Source of the DNA: Octopus sinensis
Taxonomy: Eukaryota
Direction: 5' to 3'
Length of the DNA: 64,000 bases
Assembly: GCF_006345805.1 (NCBI RefSeq)
Contig: NC_043026.1
Location: 930,001-994,000 of the forward strand
The notes below the pieces were generated by a model. It was not told where the DNA came from and ran no database searches. It saw nothing but the letters and a program-made list of their open reading frames with translations. Made by a program: the position numbers and the translations under genes. This document shows, piece after piece, positions 11,143 to 24,303 of this stretch (position 1 is its first letter; each line of letters starts with the position of its first letter).

Positions 11143-11439
11143 TGTTCCTTCTCGAGCCACGCCTGGCTCATAAGGACCGGTTTCCCGGTTTCCTTGGCGT
11201 ATAGGTTCCCCACCTGGACAGGACACCGGTCCGTGGCTAGTGAGCTGCAAGATGCAGGAGGAAACAGTGAGAGAAAGTTGTGGCAAAAGAGTCAGTAGAA
11301 GTTCGCTGTTACCTTCTGTCGGAGCCCCGTGGAGCTTAGGTGTTTCGCTCATAAACACACACATCGCCCGGTCTGAGATTCGAATCCACGATCCCTCGAC
11401 CGCGAGTCCGCTGCTCTAACCACTAGGCAATGTGCGTCC
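11138..11439 (-). mobile_element. SINE family D, full length, tRNA-like head
   Basis: tagtggttagagcagcggac...gtggattcgaatc A/B-box-like motifs; homologous to 29122-29430. Confidence 0.85.
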
Positions 11440-11919
11440 ACTTATATGTGTGTTTGTGTGAGTGTATACACACACACATGAGAGGGTGCTAAAAGATTCC
11501 TGTCTTGGGATAAAAGAAAAAACAGGAAGATCAGCCAATTATGATTTTATTCAACATATTCCTCTCTCAGGTTCACACATGGACTTCAGCGGTTCTTCAG
11601 ATTTTCTAAGCCTTGTAAAAGAAATTCAAACTTGGGTTCTTCTTCCTAAGGTATTTTTTGATGTTGTTGTTATTATTATTATTATTATTATTATTGTTAT
11701 TATTATTCAGGTCACAGCCTGGAATCGAACTTAACCACTACACCATATATCCACTACACCATATATCCACTCTTAACCACTACACCATATATCCATCCAT
11801 TGTAAATAATGTAAAAAATGTATATGTGACCATAACACATGGCCTCTACCTGGGATGTAGCCAGTCGACTTATGCATACCTTTCCTTTTTGGAACACAAA
11901 ACTCCACTTATGAAGACCG

Positions 11920-12372
11920 GTTAAGGCAAGTGGAAATCAGAACCAAAATCGAAGTTGATCAACATCAATAGAAATTGCAGCTGTGATACCAGTGCCAGTG
12001 GCACGTAAGCGAACCATCCGATCATTGCCAGCCTCACCTGGCCTCCGTGTCGGTGGCACGTAAAAAGCACCATCCGACCGTGGCTGTTGCCAGCTTCGTC
12101 TGGTCCCCGTGCCGGTGCCATGTAAAATGCACCAATCCAATCATGGCCGTTTGCCAGCCTCGTCTGGCACCTGTGCTGGTGGCATGTAAAAAGCACCTAC
12201 TACACTCACGGAGTGGGTGGCGTTAGGAAGGGCATCAAGCTGTAGAAACACTGCCAGATCAGACTGGAGCCTGGTGCAGCCTCCTGGCTTCCCAGACCCC
12301 AGTTGAACCGTCAAACCCATGCTAGCATGGAAAGCGGACGCTAAATGATGATGATGATGATGATGATGGTGA
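11920..12372 (+). mobile_element. Family C retroposon with four internal modules
   Basis: gtggcacgtaa-type modules at about 11998, 12054, 12115 and 12180; GAT tail. Confidence 0.85.
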
Positions 12373-12799
12373 TGTATGTATATGTGCTCTGTCAATGCTG
12401 AAATCTACAATCAGATTCTTAGTCAGCATGCCCTTCCAGATCTATTCCCAACTTCATCAATGATTCAAGTCTGTCTGACCTGCTTAGTTTGCAGCTGCTC
12501 TGTTTATCTTCAGAGACACAAACAGACCAGAAACAGGACTGCAGTAGAGACGACACAACATTGGTGAGGTCGTGAATAGTGACGAAAGGACCCTGATGAA
12601 CCAAACTAGTTGACTGATTGACCGAATGGTTAATCAAAGTATTGATTAGTTAATTGGTTGAATAGTTTACTTGTTGACTAATAATAATAAAAGAAGTGAA
12701 GTAGAACCAGTGTGTCTGTGTGTGTGTGTGTGTCTATTATTGGCATAGTGACCCCACCCAAGGTATAACAAAACATGTTAAAACTATGTATCTTGATCT

Positions 12800-13015
12800 T
12801 TTTCTTTTTTGCCTTTTTACTTGTTTCAGCCATCAGACTGTGGCCATGCTGGAGCACTGCCTTGAGGAATTTTAGTTGAAGGAAATGGCACCTGGACTTT
12901 TTTTTTTATTTTTGAAGCCTAGGACATATTCTATTGGATTTGTTTGTCAAGCTGCTCAGTTATGAGGATGCAAACACACCAACACTGGTTGTCAAGCAGT
13001 GATGTGGGACAAAGA
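12800..13015 (-). mobile_element. SINE family A, 3' part, diverged
   Basis: ttttacttgtttcagccatcagactgtggccatgctggagcac. Confidence 0.7.
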
Positions 13016-13022
13016 TACAATG

Positions 13023-13053
<31 letters not shown>

Positions 13054-13054
13054 T

Positions 13055-13436
13055 ATGGCTGGGTAGGAAGAAGCTTGCTTCCCAACCACATGGTTCCAGG
13101 TTCAGTCCCACTGCGTGGCACCATGGACAAGTATCTTCTACTATAGCCTCGGGCCGACCAAAGCCATGTGAGTGGATTTGGTAGACAGAAACTGAAAGTA
13201 GCTTGTCGTATATGTGTATGTGTGTGTGTGTGTGTGTGTGTTTGTCCCCCTGCCATCACTTCAGAACCGATGATGGTGTGTTTACATCCATGTAACTTTG
13301 CAGCTTGGCAAAAGAGACCGATAGAATAAGTACTAGGCTTACAAAGAATAAGTCCTGGGGTCGGTTTGCTCGACTAAATGCGGTGCTCCAGCATGGCCAC
13401 AGTCAAATTACTGAAAGAAGTAAAAGAATAAAAGGG
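13055..13436 (+). mobile_element. SINE family A, full length
   Basis: tRNA-like head, CORE-like ggcaccatggacaagtatcttctactatagcc, internal (TG)n, tail. Confidence 0.85.
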
Positions 13437-13449
13437 CAAAAGAATACAC

Positions 13450-13514
<65 letters not shown>

Positions 13515-13517
13515 ATA

Positions 13518-13705
13518 ATGGGAAGGTTTACGAAAATAAACAAAAGACGAAGGCAGGTGGAGTACAAACAAACAAATGTATTAGTATGGTGCTCAGGAAT
13601 AGAAATAGAACAAGTCTTTTACGTTTCGAGCCTACGCTCTTCGACAGAGAGGGACACAGAAAAAAACAAGGAGAGAAACAAGGAGAGAAAAAAATGCATG
13701 TAGGA
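13518..13705 (-). mobile_element. Probable Penelope-like terminal remnant, family P2
   Basis: Homologous to 50420-50585, flanked by (AT)n, contains a hammerhead-like motif. Confidence 0.55.
13615..13652 (-). ncRNA. Minimal hammerhead-like motif with CUGUCGA core, weakened stem I
   Basis: CCTCT-CTGTCGA-A-GAGC-GTAG-GCTC-GAAAC-GTA-AAAGA. Confidence 0.55.
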
Positions 13706-13740
13706 GCTAACGATCTATCATGGCATATATATATAAAGAA

Positions 13741-13773
<33 letters not shown>

Positions 13774-13784
13774 GGTATACAGTA

Positions 13785-14122
13785 AGGACCCCCTTTGGTG
13801 ATGAATGTCCATGGGATTGCATCTAGAAAGTTCCCCTCCAAGGCACAAATGTGGACAAGGTTGTTTATGGAAGACCAGCAGTCACCCATGCATACCTGCC
13901 CCCCCCCCTCTACACACCACTGATATTATCCAAGGGAAAGGAAAAGGGGCCAATACAGCTTGGTATCAGTGATGTCGCAACTCATTTCTAATACTGAGTG
14001 AACTGGAGCAACGCGAAATAAAGTGCATTGCTCAAGAACACAACACGCAGCCTGGTCTGGGAACTGAACTCACTACCTCGTGATTATGAGCCTGACGCTT
14101 TAAGCACTGAGCTATACACCTT
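13785..14122 (-). mobile_element. SINE family E (CORE-like)
   Basis: Reverse complement contains gtgttgtgttcttgagcaatgcactttatttc; homologous to 29695-29985. Confidence 0.8.
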
Positions 14123-14653
14123 CACACACACACACACATAAGTCACACACACACACACATAAGTCACACACACACACACATAAGTCACACACACACACAC
14201 ACATAAGTCACACACACACACATAAGTCACACACACACACACATGAGTACTTGGACTGATTTATTTGACTCAAATCTTTCAGGGTGGTGCCCCAGCATGG
14301 CCATACTTCTCAATGAGTGAAACAAGTAACAGATAAAAAGACAAACCAGCCAACCAGCCGACCAGCCAGCCAGCCAGCCTACCATCGCACCAGCCAGCCA
14401 GCCAGCCAACCTGCCAGCAGTCCGATTAGCCAATCAGTCAGTCAGTCAGCTGCTGTGCCTTAAATGCAAGAGAGAGAGAGAAAGAAAGGAAGAAAGGGAA
14501 GGAGCAGGAAAGGGGGAGAGAGAAAGACAGAGTGAGAAATAAAGAGAGAGAGAGAGAGAGAGAAGCAGCCAACAGCAGCAGCTGAAGATGTAAGCTGCTG
14601 CAACTACTGTTTGACCTACTTTCTAATAAAAGCTCTCTTTCTCTAGCCATGCA

Positions 14654-14694
<41 letters not shown>

Positions 14695-14701
14695 ATATAT
14701 A

Positions 14702-14741
<40 letters not shown>

Positions 14742-14742
14742 T

Positions 14743-14773
<31 letters not shown>

Positions 14774-14800
14774 GTATGTATATATACATATATATATGTG

Positions 14801-14832
<32 letters not shown>

Positions 14833-14854
14833 ATACACACACATATATATATAT

Positions 14855-14930
<76 letters not shown>

Positions 14931-14959
14931 TATATGTGTGTGTATGTACACATGCGTAC

Positions 14960-15014
<55 letters not shown>

Positions 15015-15190
15015 GATACACATATTCAAATGCATGTATACATATACTTATACACACATATATATATATAGACATATATACATACATATATATATACACA
15101 CCCATTTATATAGACATATATACATACATATATATATACAACACACCCATTTATATAGACATATATACATACATATATATATACACACCC

Positions 15191-15227
<37 letters not shown>

Positions 15228-15242
15228 AGCCACACACATATA

Positions 15243-15286
<44 letters not shown>

Positions 15287-15413
15287 ATATACAATACACA
15301 CACAATTTCTTTCTCAATTATGAAAAGGGAATTGTAGAATTTATTTAGTGAATGTTAATATGCATGTGTGTATGTGTGTATGTGTGTCTGAATGCATGTG
15401 TAAATTTGTGCTT

Positions 15414-15450
<37 letters not shown>

Positions 15451-15500
15451 GTGTGTGCACATGCATGTATATTTATGAACCTGTTTCAGAGTGTTTGCAT

Positions 15501-15540
<40 letters not shown>

Positions 15541-15651
15541 ATATATGTGTATGTGTGTCCTTTTGTGCATGTTTGTAATGTGTGTGTAAATTTGTGTGTG
15601 TGCCTGTCCCTGTGTGTGTGTGTGTATGTGTGCATGCATGTATATTTATGC

Positions 15652-15690
<39 letters not shown>

Positions 15691-15739
15691 ACTTTAAATG
15701 TGTCAGTATATTCATGAATGTTTATATATGGATGCGTAT

Positions 15740-16200
15740 GGTGTGTGTATGTGTGTATGTATGATGTGTGTGTGTATGTGGGTATGTATGATGTGTGTGT
15801 GTATGTGTGTATGTATGATGTGTGTGTGTATGTGTGTATGTATGATGTGTATGTGTATGTGTGTATGTATGATGTGTGTGTGTATGTGTGTATGTATGAT
15901 GTGTGTGTGTATGTGTGTATGTATGATGTGTGTGTGTATGTGTGTATGTATGATGTGTGTGTGTATGTGTGTATGTATGATGTGTGTGTGTATGTGTGTA
16001 TGTATGATGTGTGTGTGTATGTGTGTATGTATGATGTGTGTGTGTATGTGTGTATGTATGATGTGTGTGTGTATGTGTGTATGTATGATGTGTGTGTGTA
16101 TGTGTGTATGTATGATGTGTGTGTGTATGTGTGTATGTATGATGTGTGTGTGTATGTGTGTATGTATGATGTGTGTGTGTATGTGTGTATGTATGATGTG
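15740..16200. repeat. 27-bp minisatellite tatgatgtgtgtgtgtatgtgtgtatg, ~17 copies
   Basis: 9-codon periodicity in the ORF track (YDVCVYVCM). Confidence 0.95.
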
Positions 16201-16449
16201 TGTGTGTGTGTGTGGTGTGTGGTGTGTGTTGTGATTGTTGCAGATGATCTGATTGTTACTGTAATGGTGTTGACCGTAGTAGCAGTGGTGGTCGTGGTGG
16301 TGTTGAGGTGCCTAAGCGACGACGGGGATGACAAAGACGGAGAAATGTGGCGGTCATTAGTGTATCAAGAACTAAATTATCTGATCCGTCCTTCCTCTTT
16401 CTTTTATGCATTTTATATAAGACAGTAGGACATGGATTCAACTAGGCTT

Positions 16450-18728
16450 GGCTGTTGTTTCTAGCACATCAAACAACCACATAGGGGGCTCGCTTGTTGG
16501 TTTGTGTTGATGTGCCATGTGCCGCTGTACGTCATCTTTGTTAACCCTGTGTCAACCCTAACTGAACAGAGCTATAATGAAAGGCAATCTAACTGTGACC
16601 ATCCCATCTATTCTAGAAGGCTTGACTGTTATTTCTCGCACATCAAATGACCAAATAGGGGGCTCGCTTGTTGGTTGGTTTGTGTTGATGTGCCATGTGC
16701 CATTGTAGGTCATCTTTGTTAACCCTGTGTCAACCCTAACTGAACTGAGCCATAATGAAAGGCAATCTAACTTCTATTCTCGAAGGCTTGACTGTTATTT
16801 CTAGCACATCAAACAACCACATAGGGGCTCGTTTGTTGGTTTGTGTTGATGTGCCATGTGCCACTGTACGTCATCTTTGTTAACCCTGTGTCAACCCTAA
16901 CTGAACAGAGCCATAATGAAAGGCAATCTAAGTGTGACCATCCCATCTATTCTAGAAGGCTTGACTGTTATTTCTAGCACATCAAACAACCACATAGGGG
17001 GCTCGTTTGTTGGTTTGTGTTGATGTGCCATGTGCCACTGTAGGTCATCTTTGTTAACCCTGTGTCAACCCTAACTGAACAGGGCCATAATGAAAGGCAA
17101 TCTAACTTCTATTCTCGAAGGCTTGACTGTTATTTCTAGCTCATCAAACAACCACATAGGGGCTCGCTTGTTGGTTGGTTTGTGTTGATGTGCCATGTGC
17201 CACTGTAGGTCATCTTTGTTAACCCTGTGTCAACCCTAACTGAACAGAGCCATAATGAAAGGCAATCTAAGTGTGACCATCCCATCTATTCTAGAAGGCT
17301 TGACTGTTATTTCTCGCACATCAAATGACCACATAGGGGCTCGCTTGTTGGTTGGTTTGTGTTGATGTGCCATGTGCCAATGTAGGTCATCTTTGTTAAC
17401 CCTGTGTCAACCCTAACTGAACAGAGCCATAATGAAAGGCAATCTAACTGTGACCATCCCATCTATTCTAGAAGGCTTGACTGTTATTTCTCGCACATCA
17501 AATGACCACATAGGAGCTCGCTTGTTGGTTGGTTTGTGTTGATGTGCCATGTGCCATTGTACGTCATCTTTGTTAACCCTGTGTCAACCCTAACTGAACA
17601 GAGCCATAATGAAAGGCGATCTAACTTCTATTCTCGAAGGCTTGACTGTTATTTCTCGCACATCAAATGACCACATAAGGGCTCATTTGTTGGTTTGTGT
17701 TGATGTGCCATGATGTGCCATGTGCCATTGTAAGTCGTCACTGTTAGTCCTATGTCAACCGTAAGTGGAGAGAGCCATAATCAAAGGCAATCTAGCTGTG
17801 GCTATCCCATCTATTCAAAAAGGCTTCAGTGTTATTTCTAGCACATCAAATGACCACATAGGGGGCTCGTTTGTTGGTTTGTGTTGATGTGCCATGTGCC
17901 ACTGTAGGTCATCTTTGTTAACCCTGTGTCAACCCTAACTGAACAGAGCCATAATGAAAGGCAATCTAACTTCTATTCTCGAAGGCTTGACTGTTATTTC
18001 TAGCACATCAAACAACCACATAGGGGCTCGTTTGTTGGTTTGTGTTGATGTGCCATGTGCCACTGTAGGTCATCTTTGTTTACCCTGTGTCAACCCTAAC
18101 TGAACAGAGCCATAATGAAAGGCAATCTAAGTGTGACCATCCCATCTATTCTAGAAGGCTTGACTGTTATTTCTCGCACATCAAATGACCACATAGGGGC
18201 TCGCTTGTTGGTTGGTTTGTGTTGATGTGCCATGTGCCACTGTACGTCATCTTTGTTAACCCTGTGTCAACCCTAACTGAACAGAGCCATAATGAAAGGC
18301 AATCTAAGTGTGACCATCCCATCTATTCTAGAAGGCTTGACTGTTATTTCTCGCACATCAAATGACCACATAGGGGCTCGCTTGTTGGTTGGTTTGTGTT
18401 GATGTGCCATGTTCCACTGTACGTCATCTTTGTTAACCCTGTGTTAACCCGAACTGAACAGAGCCATAATGAAAGGCAATCTAACTGTGACCTTTCCATC
18501 TATTCTGGAAGGCTTGACTGTTATTTCTAGCACATCAAATGACCACATAGGGGCTCGCTTGTTGGTTTGTGTTGATGTGCCATGTGCCATTGTAAGTCGT
18601 CACTGTTAGTCCTATGTCAACTGTAACTGGAGAGAGCCATAATCAAAGGCAATCTAGCTGTGGCTATCCCATCTATTCAAAAAGGCTTCAGTGTTATTTC
18701 TAGCACATCAAATGACCACATAGGGGCT
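16450..18728. repeat. Satellite array, 13 full units of 162-183 bp plus a partial unit
   Basis: ct(a/c)gcacatcaaa starts at 16461, 16635, 16801, 16974, 17136, 17313, 17490, 17655, 17838, 18000, 18173, 18350, 18527 and 18700. Confidence 0.95.
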
Positions 18729-19772
18729 GCATTGAACTCCAATGCCAGCTTCAGCGTAGTGCTTTTTTCATGTTACCAGCATACTAGTCGGTGTAAGAAC
18801 AGCGGCAAAAAAAGCCCTCATGACTAAGTGAAGGGAGTATCTGTGAAGGAGAGGGTTTTATGATAGGTGGTGAGAGACAAAAGTATGATAGAGTAACAAG
18901 TACGAGTGTCTTGTAGAATAGACACGTGGTTACCCCACATTATATAACTATGGATGGGAGGAGCTGAGAAATAGATGCAGATGATAGTGATGGGGTTGCC
19001 AGAGAAAATAGTCAATGCATAAGATGAGTATAAGAGAGGATGCTGAAAATGTATCAGTGAGATTGGAGAGATGAGGATTGTTTCATAAAATTACTGCACC
19101 GATAATGAACAAAACAAACACAAAATAAAACAGAGCTTATCTTGAAATGCAGACAGTATGAAATCACTACATAAACAGTTATACTGGATGCATTATCAGC
19201 ATTACAACCCCACCACTACATACCATACTGTGTGACAACCTGTAAGTCCACAACCACTGAACTACAAATAAATATACCACCCTACTAGTTTTAACACAGT
19301 TCAAAAGCACACTCTGGAATTTTTCTATATCTTAAGATTTTTGAGAATGTAAAGAAGGCTTGCGGCCTAGTGGTTAGGGTGCTGCACTTGTGAGTGCCAG
19401 ATCCTGGGTTCAATTCCCAGGCCAGGTAGTGTGTTGTGTCTTCTTGAGCAGAAAACTTCACTTCAAGGTGTTCTAGTGCTGTGTGGGGACTGGTATGTCA
19501 AAGAATGGGCCCAACGTTTCTTCTGCATGTTGTGAGAGGCAACAAAAAGAGGTTAAGGTAGGAATTATGCCCCAAACTTGTAAAACCCTCACTAACAACA
19601 ACGACCCAAAACAGACCAATGGGTCAGAAGGTTGTTGCCTGAGTGGTGCAAAGGGGCCATCCACCAGGAGCCAGGAGACATCAACAAAGGTCTTCTACTA
19701 CAACCTTGGCATGACAAATGCTTTCTGAGTAAATTTGGTAGATGGAACCTATATGAAAACATGTCATATATA

Positions 19773-20177
19773 CAGGAGTGGCTGTGTGGTAAGTAGCTTG
19801 CTTACCAACCACATGGTCCTGGGTTCAGTCCCACTACGTGGCACCTTGGGTAAGTGACTTCTACTATAACCGCGAGCCAACCAAAGCCTTGTGAGTGGAT
19901 TTGGTAGGCAGACACTTTAAAAAGCCCATCGTAAATATATGTGTGTGTGTATATGTTTGTGTGTCTGTGTTTGTCCCCCGTCCCATCATCACTTCACAAT
20001 CAAAGCTGATGTGTTTACGTACCCGTAACTTAGGGGTTCAGCAAAGGAGACTGATAGAATAAGTACTAGGCTTACACAGAATAAGCCCTGGGTTTGATCT
20101 GTTTGACTAAAGGCGGTGCTCTAGCATGGCCACCGTCAAATGACTGAAACAAGTAGAAGAATAAAAGACTAAAAGAC
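19773..20177 (+). mobile_element. SINE family A, full length (tRNA-derived, CORE-like)
   Basis: A box tggctgtgtgg and B box gggttcagtccc; caccttgggtaagtgacttc resembles the MIR/CORE motif gaccttgggcaagtcactt. Confidence 0.9.
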
Positions 20178-20514
20178 AATATACGTGTGTGTATGTGTGT
20201 GCGTGTGAATGTTTTTTGTGTTTCTCTTTGACACTCCCACCACGACCACTACCACCACCACCTGACGACTGGTGTTGGTTTGTTTATTTCCACAAAACAT
20301 AACAGTTGAGCAAAACACTGATGGAATGAGGTGCAGACTTCTACCAATCTACATATATACAGTTCTACATATATATATATATACATACTGTGTGTGTATG
20401 TATATATATATATATATATCTGTATGTATATACATATATATATATATCTGTATGTATACACACACATATATATATATATATATATGTATATATTTATATC
20501 TATCTACCTGTATG

Positions 20515-20598
<84 letters not shown>

Positions 20599-21061
20599 TA
20601 TATATTTGCACACAGATATGTATATTTATATCTATCTACCTGTATGTATATATATATATATATATATAGTCTGTTTATTTCTATATGTATATGCGTACAT
20701 ACATATATATGTATATGTTGTGTACATACATACATATATATAGTTACGCACACAGACACAAGTAAGTGTGCACACACACACACATGCGGTATGTGCATGT
20801 GTGTATTACACAAGAATAAATATGAAATAACTACATAACATTTAAACACGTATCTTCTTACGTAAGCTTTACACTGATTAAGAAAGAGAATAAAAAAATT
20901 GAAAAACAAAAAAAAAAAGAATCCCAAGAGAAGCCAATAAACGGCCGCAAGCCGTACGTTGAGTGATGAACAGCTGTGTGTAATTCTCACACACCAGTTT
21001 GGCCAAATCAACTACACACTTGTACTATATATAACTATGGGGTAGTTACTGTGATCAATTG

Positions 21062-22105
21062 ATTGATGGATGGATGGATGGATGGATGGATGGTTTGACA
21101 GATGGACGGATGGATGACTGGATGGATGGATGGTTTGACAGATGGATGGATGGATGGATGGATAGATGGATGGTTTGATGGATGGATGGATGGATGGATG
21201 GATGGATGGTTTGATGGATGGATGGATGGTTTGATGGATGGATGGCTGGATGGTTTGATGGATGGATGGATGGATGGATGGATGGATGGATGGTTTGATG
21301 GATGGATGGATGGATGGTTTGATGGATGGATAGATGGATGGTTTGATGGATGGTTTGATGGATGGATGGATGTTTGATGGATGGATGGATGGCTGGCTGG
21401 ATGGTTTGATGGATGGATGGATGGCTGACTGGATGGATGGATGGTTTGATGGATGGATGGATGGATGGATGGATGGATAGATGGATGGTTTGATGGATGG
21501 ATGGATGGATGGATGGTTTGATGGATGGATGGATGGTTTGATGGATGGATGGCTGGATGGTTTGATGGATGGATTGGTTTGATGGATGGATGGATGGTTT
21601 GATGGATGGATGGATGGATGGTTTGATGGATGGATAGATGGATGGTTTGATGGATGGTTTGATGGATGGATGGATGTTTGATGGATGGATGGATGGCTGG
21701 CTGGATGGTTTGATGGATGGATGGATGGCTGACTGGATGGATGGATGGTTTGATGGATGGATGGATGGATGGATGGATGGATGGATGGTTTGATGGATGG
21801 ATGGATGGATGGTTTGATGGATGGATGGATGGTTTGATGGATGGATGGCTGGATGGTTTGATGGATGGATGGATTGGTTTGATGGATGGATGGATGGTTT
21901 GATGGATGGATGGATGGATGGTTTGATGGATGGATAGATGGATGGTTTGATGGATGGTTTGATGGATGGATGGATGTTTGATGGATGGATGGATGGCTGG
22001 CTGGATGGTTTGATGGATGGATGGATGGCTGACTGGATGGATGGATGGTTTGATGGATGGATGGCTGGCTGGCTTGTTGGCTTGATGGATAGTTTGATGG
22101 ATGGA
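21062..22105. repeat. (GGAT)n satellite with ggtttgat variants and higher-order blocks
   Basis: Visible directly. Confidence 0.95.
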
Positions 22106-22290
22106 TGGGGTGACAGAGAGAGAGAGAGAAACGGGAGGTAAGCAAACTGGTTTGATAATATAGGGACAGACGAACATGGAGGTTTTGGCAGAAAGTTGGA
22201 AATGCATGGGAAACATGTAGGCATGGAAATGAGTGTGTTTATTTACGTATACATGCAATGATGCTTGCACACAAACACGCACACACAAGT

Positions 22291-22330
<40 letters not shown>

Positions 22331-22512
22331 GACACACACACATATCATATCTATAAGTATCTCTTTCTCTCTCTCTCTCTCTCTCTGTATATATATATAT
22401 ATATATATAAATATATATACACGCATGTTAGAATATATGTATATAGTCATATACATATACATACATGCGTATATGCATGTATGTATGTATGTATGTATGT
22501 ATGTATGTATCT

Positions 22513-22560
<48 letters not shown>

Positions 22561-22699
22561 ATTATAGATAGATAGATAGATAGATACACACACGTAAGCA
22601 CACCAGAAGAGATGTCTATGTATATATATATATATATATATATATCATGTGTGAGCGTGTGTGTGCAGGTATGTGTGTGTGTGTGTGTAAACACGCATA

Positions 22700-23190
22700 C
22701 AAATACACATGCACAGACACACACACACACAAGCACAGACAAGAAGCAACACACACACACACACACACAAGCACAGACACACACACACACAAGCACAGAC
22801 AAGAAGCAACACACACACACACACACATGCACAGACACACACACACACAAGCACAGACAAGAAGCAACAAACACACACACACACACACACATGCACAGAC
22901 ACACACATACACACACACACATGCACAGACACACACACACACACATGCACAGACACACACACACAAGCACAGACAAGAAGCAACACACCACACACACACA
23001 CACATGCACAGACACACACACACACAAGCACAGACAAGAAGCAACAAACACACACACACACACACACACATGCACAGACACACACATACACACACACACA
23101 TGCACAGACACACAGACACACACATGCACAGACACACACACACACACAAGCACAGACAAGAAGCAACACACCACACACACACACACACAC
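22700..23190. repeat. Compound minisatellite: cacaagcacagacaagaagcaac plus (CA)n
   Basis: Motif recurs about 6 times. Confidence 0.9.
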
Positions 23191-23524
23191 ACGCGCACGC
23201 GAGCGCAGTGTTTATCCAGTCCTGTGTAAAGGCTGTTATCTTTGTCTTGTCCCCATAATTAACAATCACCTGCCATTGTTATTGTTTCATTCTACATCTA
23301 ATTAAGCAATTAGTTTCTGCGGAGAACATGTGGAGATACAGAAGCAGGAATAAGACACGACTAAGCAGGTGGGTCGGAGATGGGGATGAGGGGGAAGGAG
23401 CGGAGAGAGAGAGGGAGGGAGGGAGGGAGGGAGGAGGAGAGTAAGCTTAGTTTGGGGTCCAGTACAGTGTTGCTTGGCCTGACTAGATGTAAGTTACCAG
23501 ATGCCAAGTTCATTCAACACCCTC

Positions 23525-23920
23525 TTCTTATCATCATTCCATCATCATCATCATCATCATCATTACCATGTTGTCGTCGTTGTCGTTGTCATCCTCATCA
23601 CCTTCATCATTATCATCATTATCATCATCGTCACCATCGTCATCATCATCGTCGTCGTCACCATCGTCGTCTTTGTCCTCATCATCACTATCATCATCGT
23701 TGTCATCATCACCATCATCGTTGTCATCATTGTCATCATCGTCATCATTATCATCATCATCACCATTGTCATCATTGTCAGCGTTGTCATTGTCATCATC
23801 ATCACCATCACCATCATCATCTTCACCATCATCACCATCATCGTCATCATCATCACCATCATCACGATTAGCGTCATCGTCGTCATCATCTCCACTGTCA
23901 TAGTCCTTATCATCATCAGC
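23525..23920. repeat. (CAT)n low-complexity tract
   Basis: Visible directly. Confidence 0.95.
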
Positions 23921-24266
23921 ACTTAACACCAGCATCCCAAGCCAGCAAGAATCAAAGGGTTTGACAGGATCCAATGCCTGCTTTGGCAGTGTTTCTATGG
24001 TTGGGTACCCTTCTTAACACTAACCACTTTACAGCATACACAGGGTGCTTTTCTTTATCATGCTACTGGCACAAGAGAATCAGGTGGTTATGAAGCTTAG
24101 GGAAGACTACAAACCCCGATAGATGGGGGCAAGCCACTTTCTGTTAGGAGATGAGGGCCAAAAGCATAAATGAATGAGGGGGGAGGTAGAGCTGAACAGA
24201 TTTCTTGCTGTAGAATAGCTACATATTTACACACACACACACACACATATATACAAGCACACGTGC

Positions 24267-24303
<37 letters not shown>

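Noticed and set aside
12585-12610. GAAA and CTGATGA close together; other CTGATGA hits near 6307, 29018 and 39221
   Set aside because: No compatible stems, or no GAAA/NUH at workable spacing.
18790-19080. Possible degenerate Penelope ORF piece (TIFSGNP...FSAPPIHSY)
   Set aside because: Only a faint resemblance to PLE linker motifs; not supportable without a profile search.
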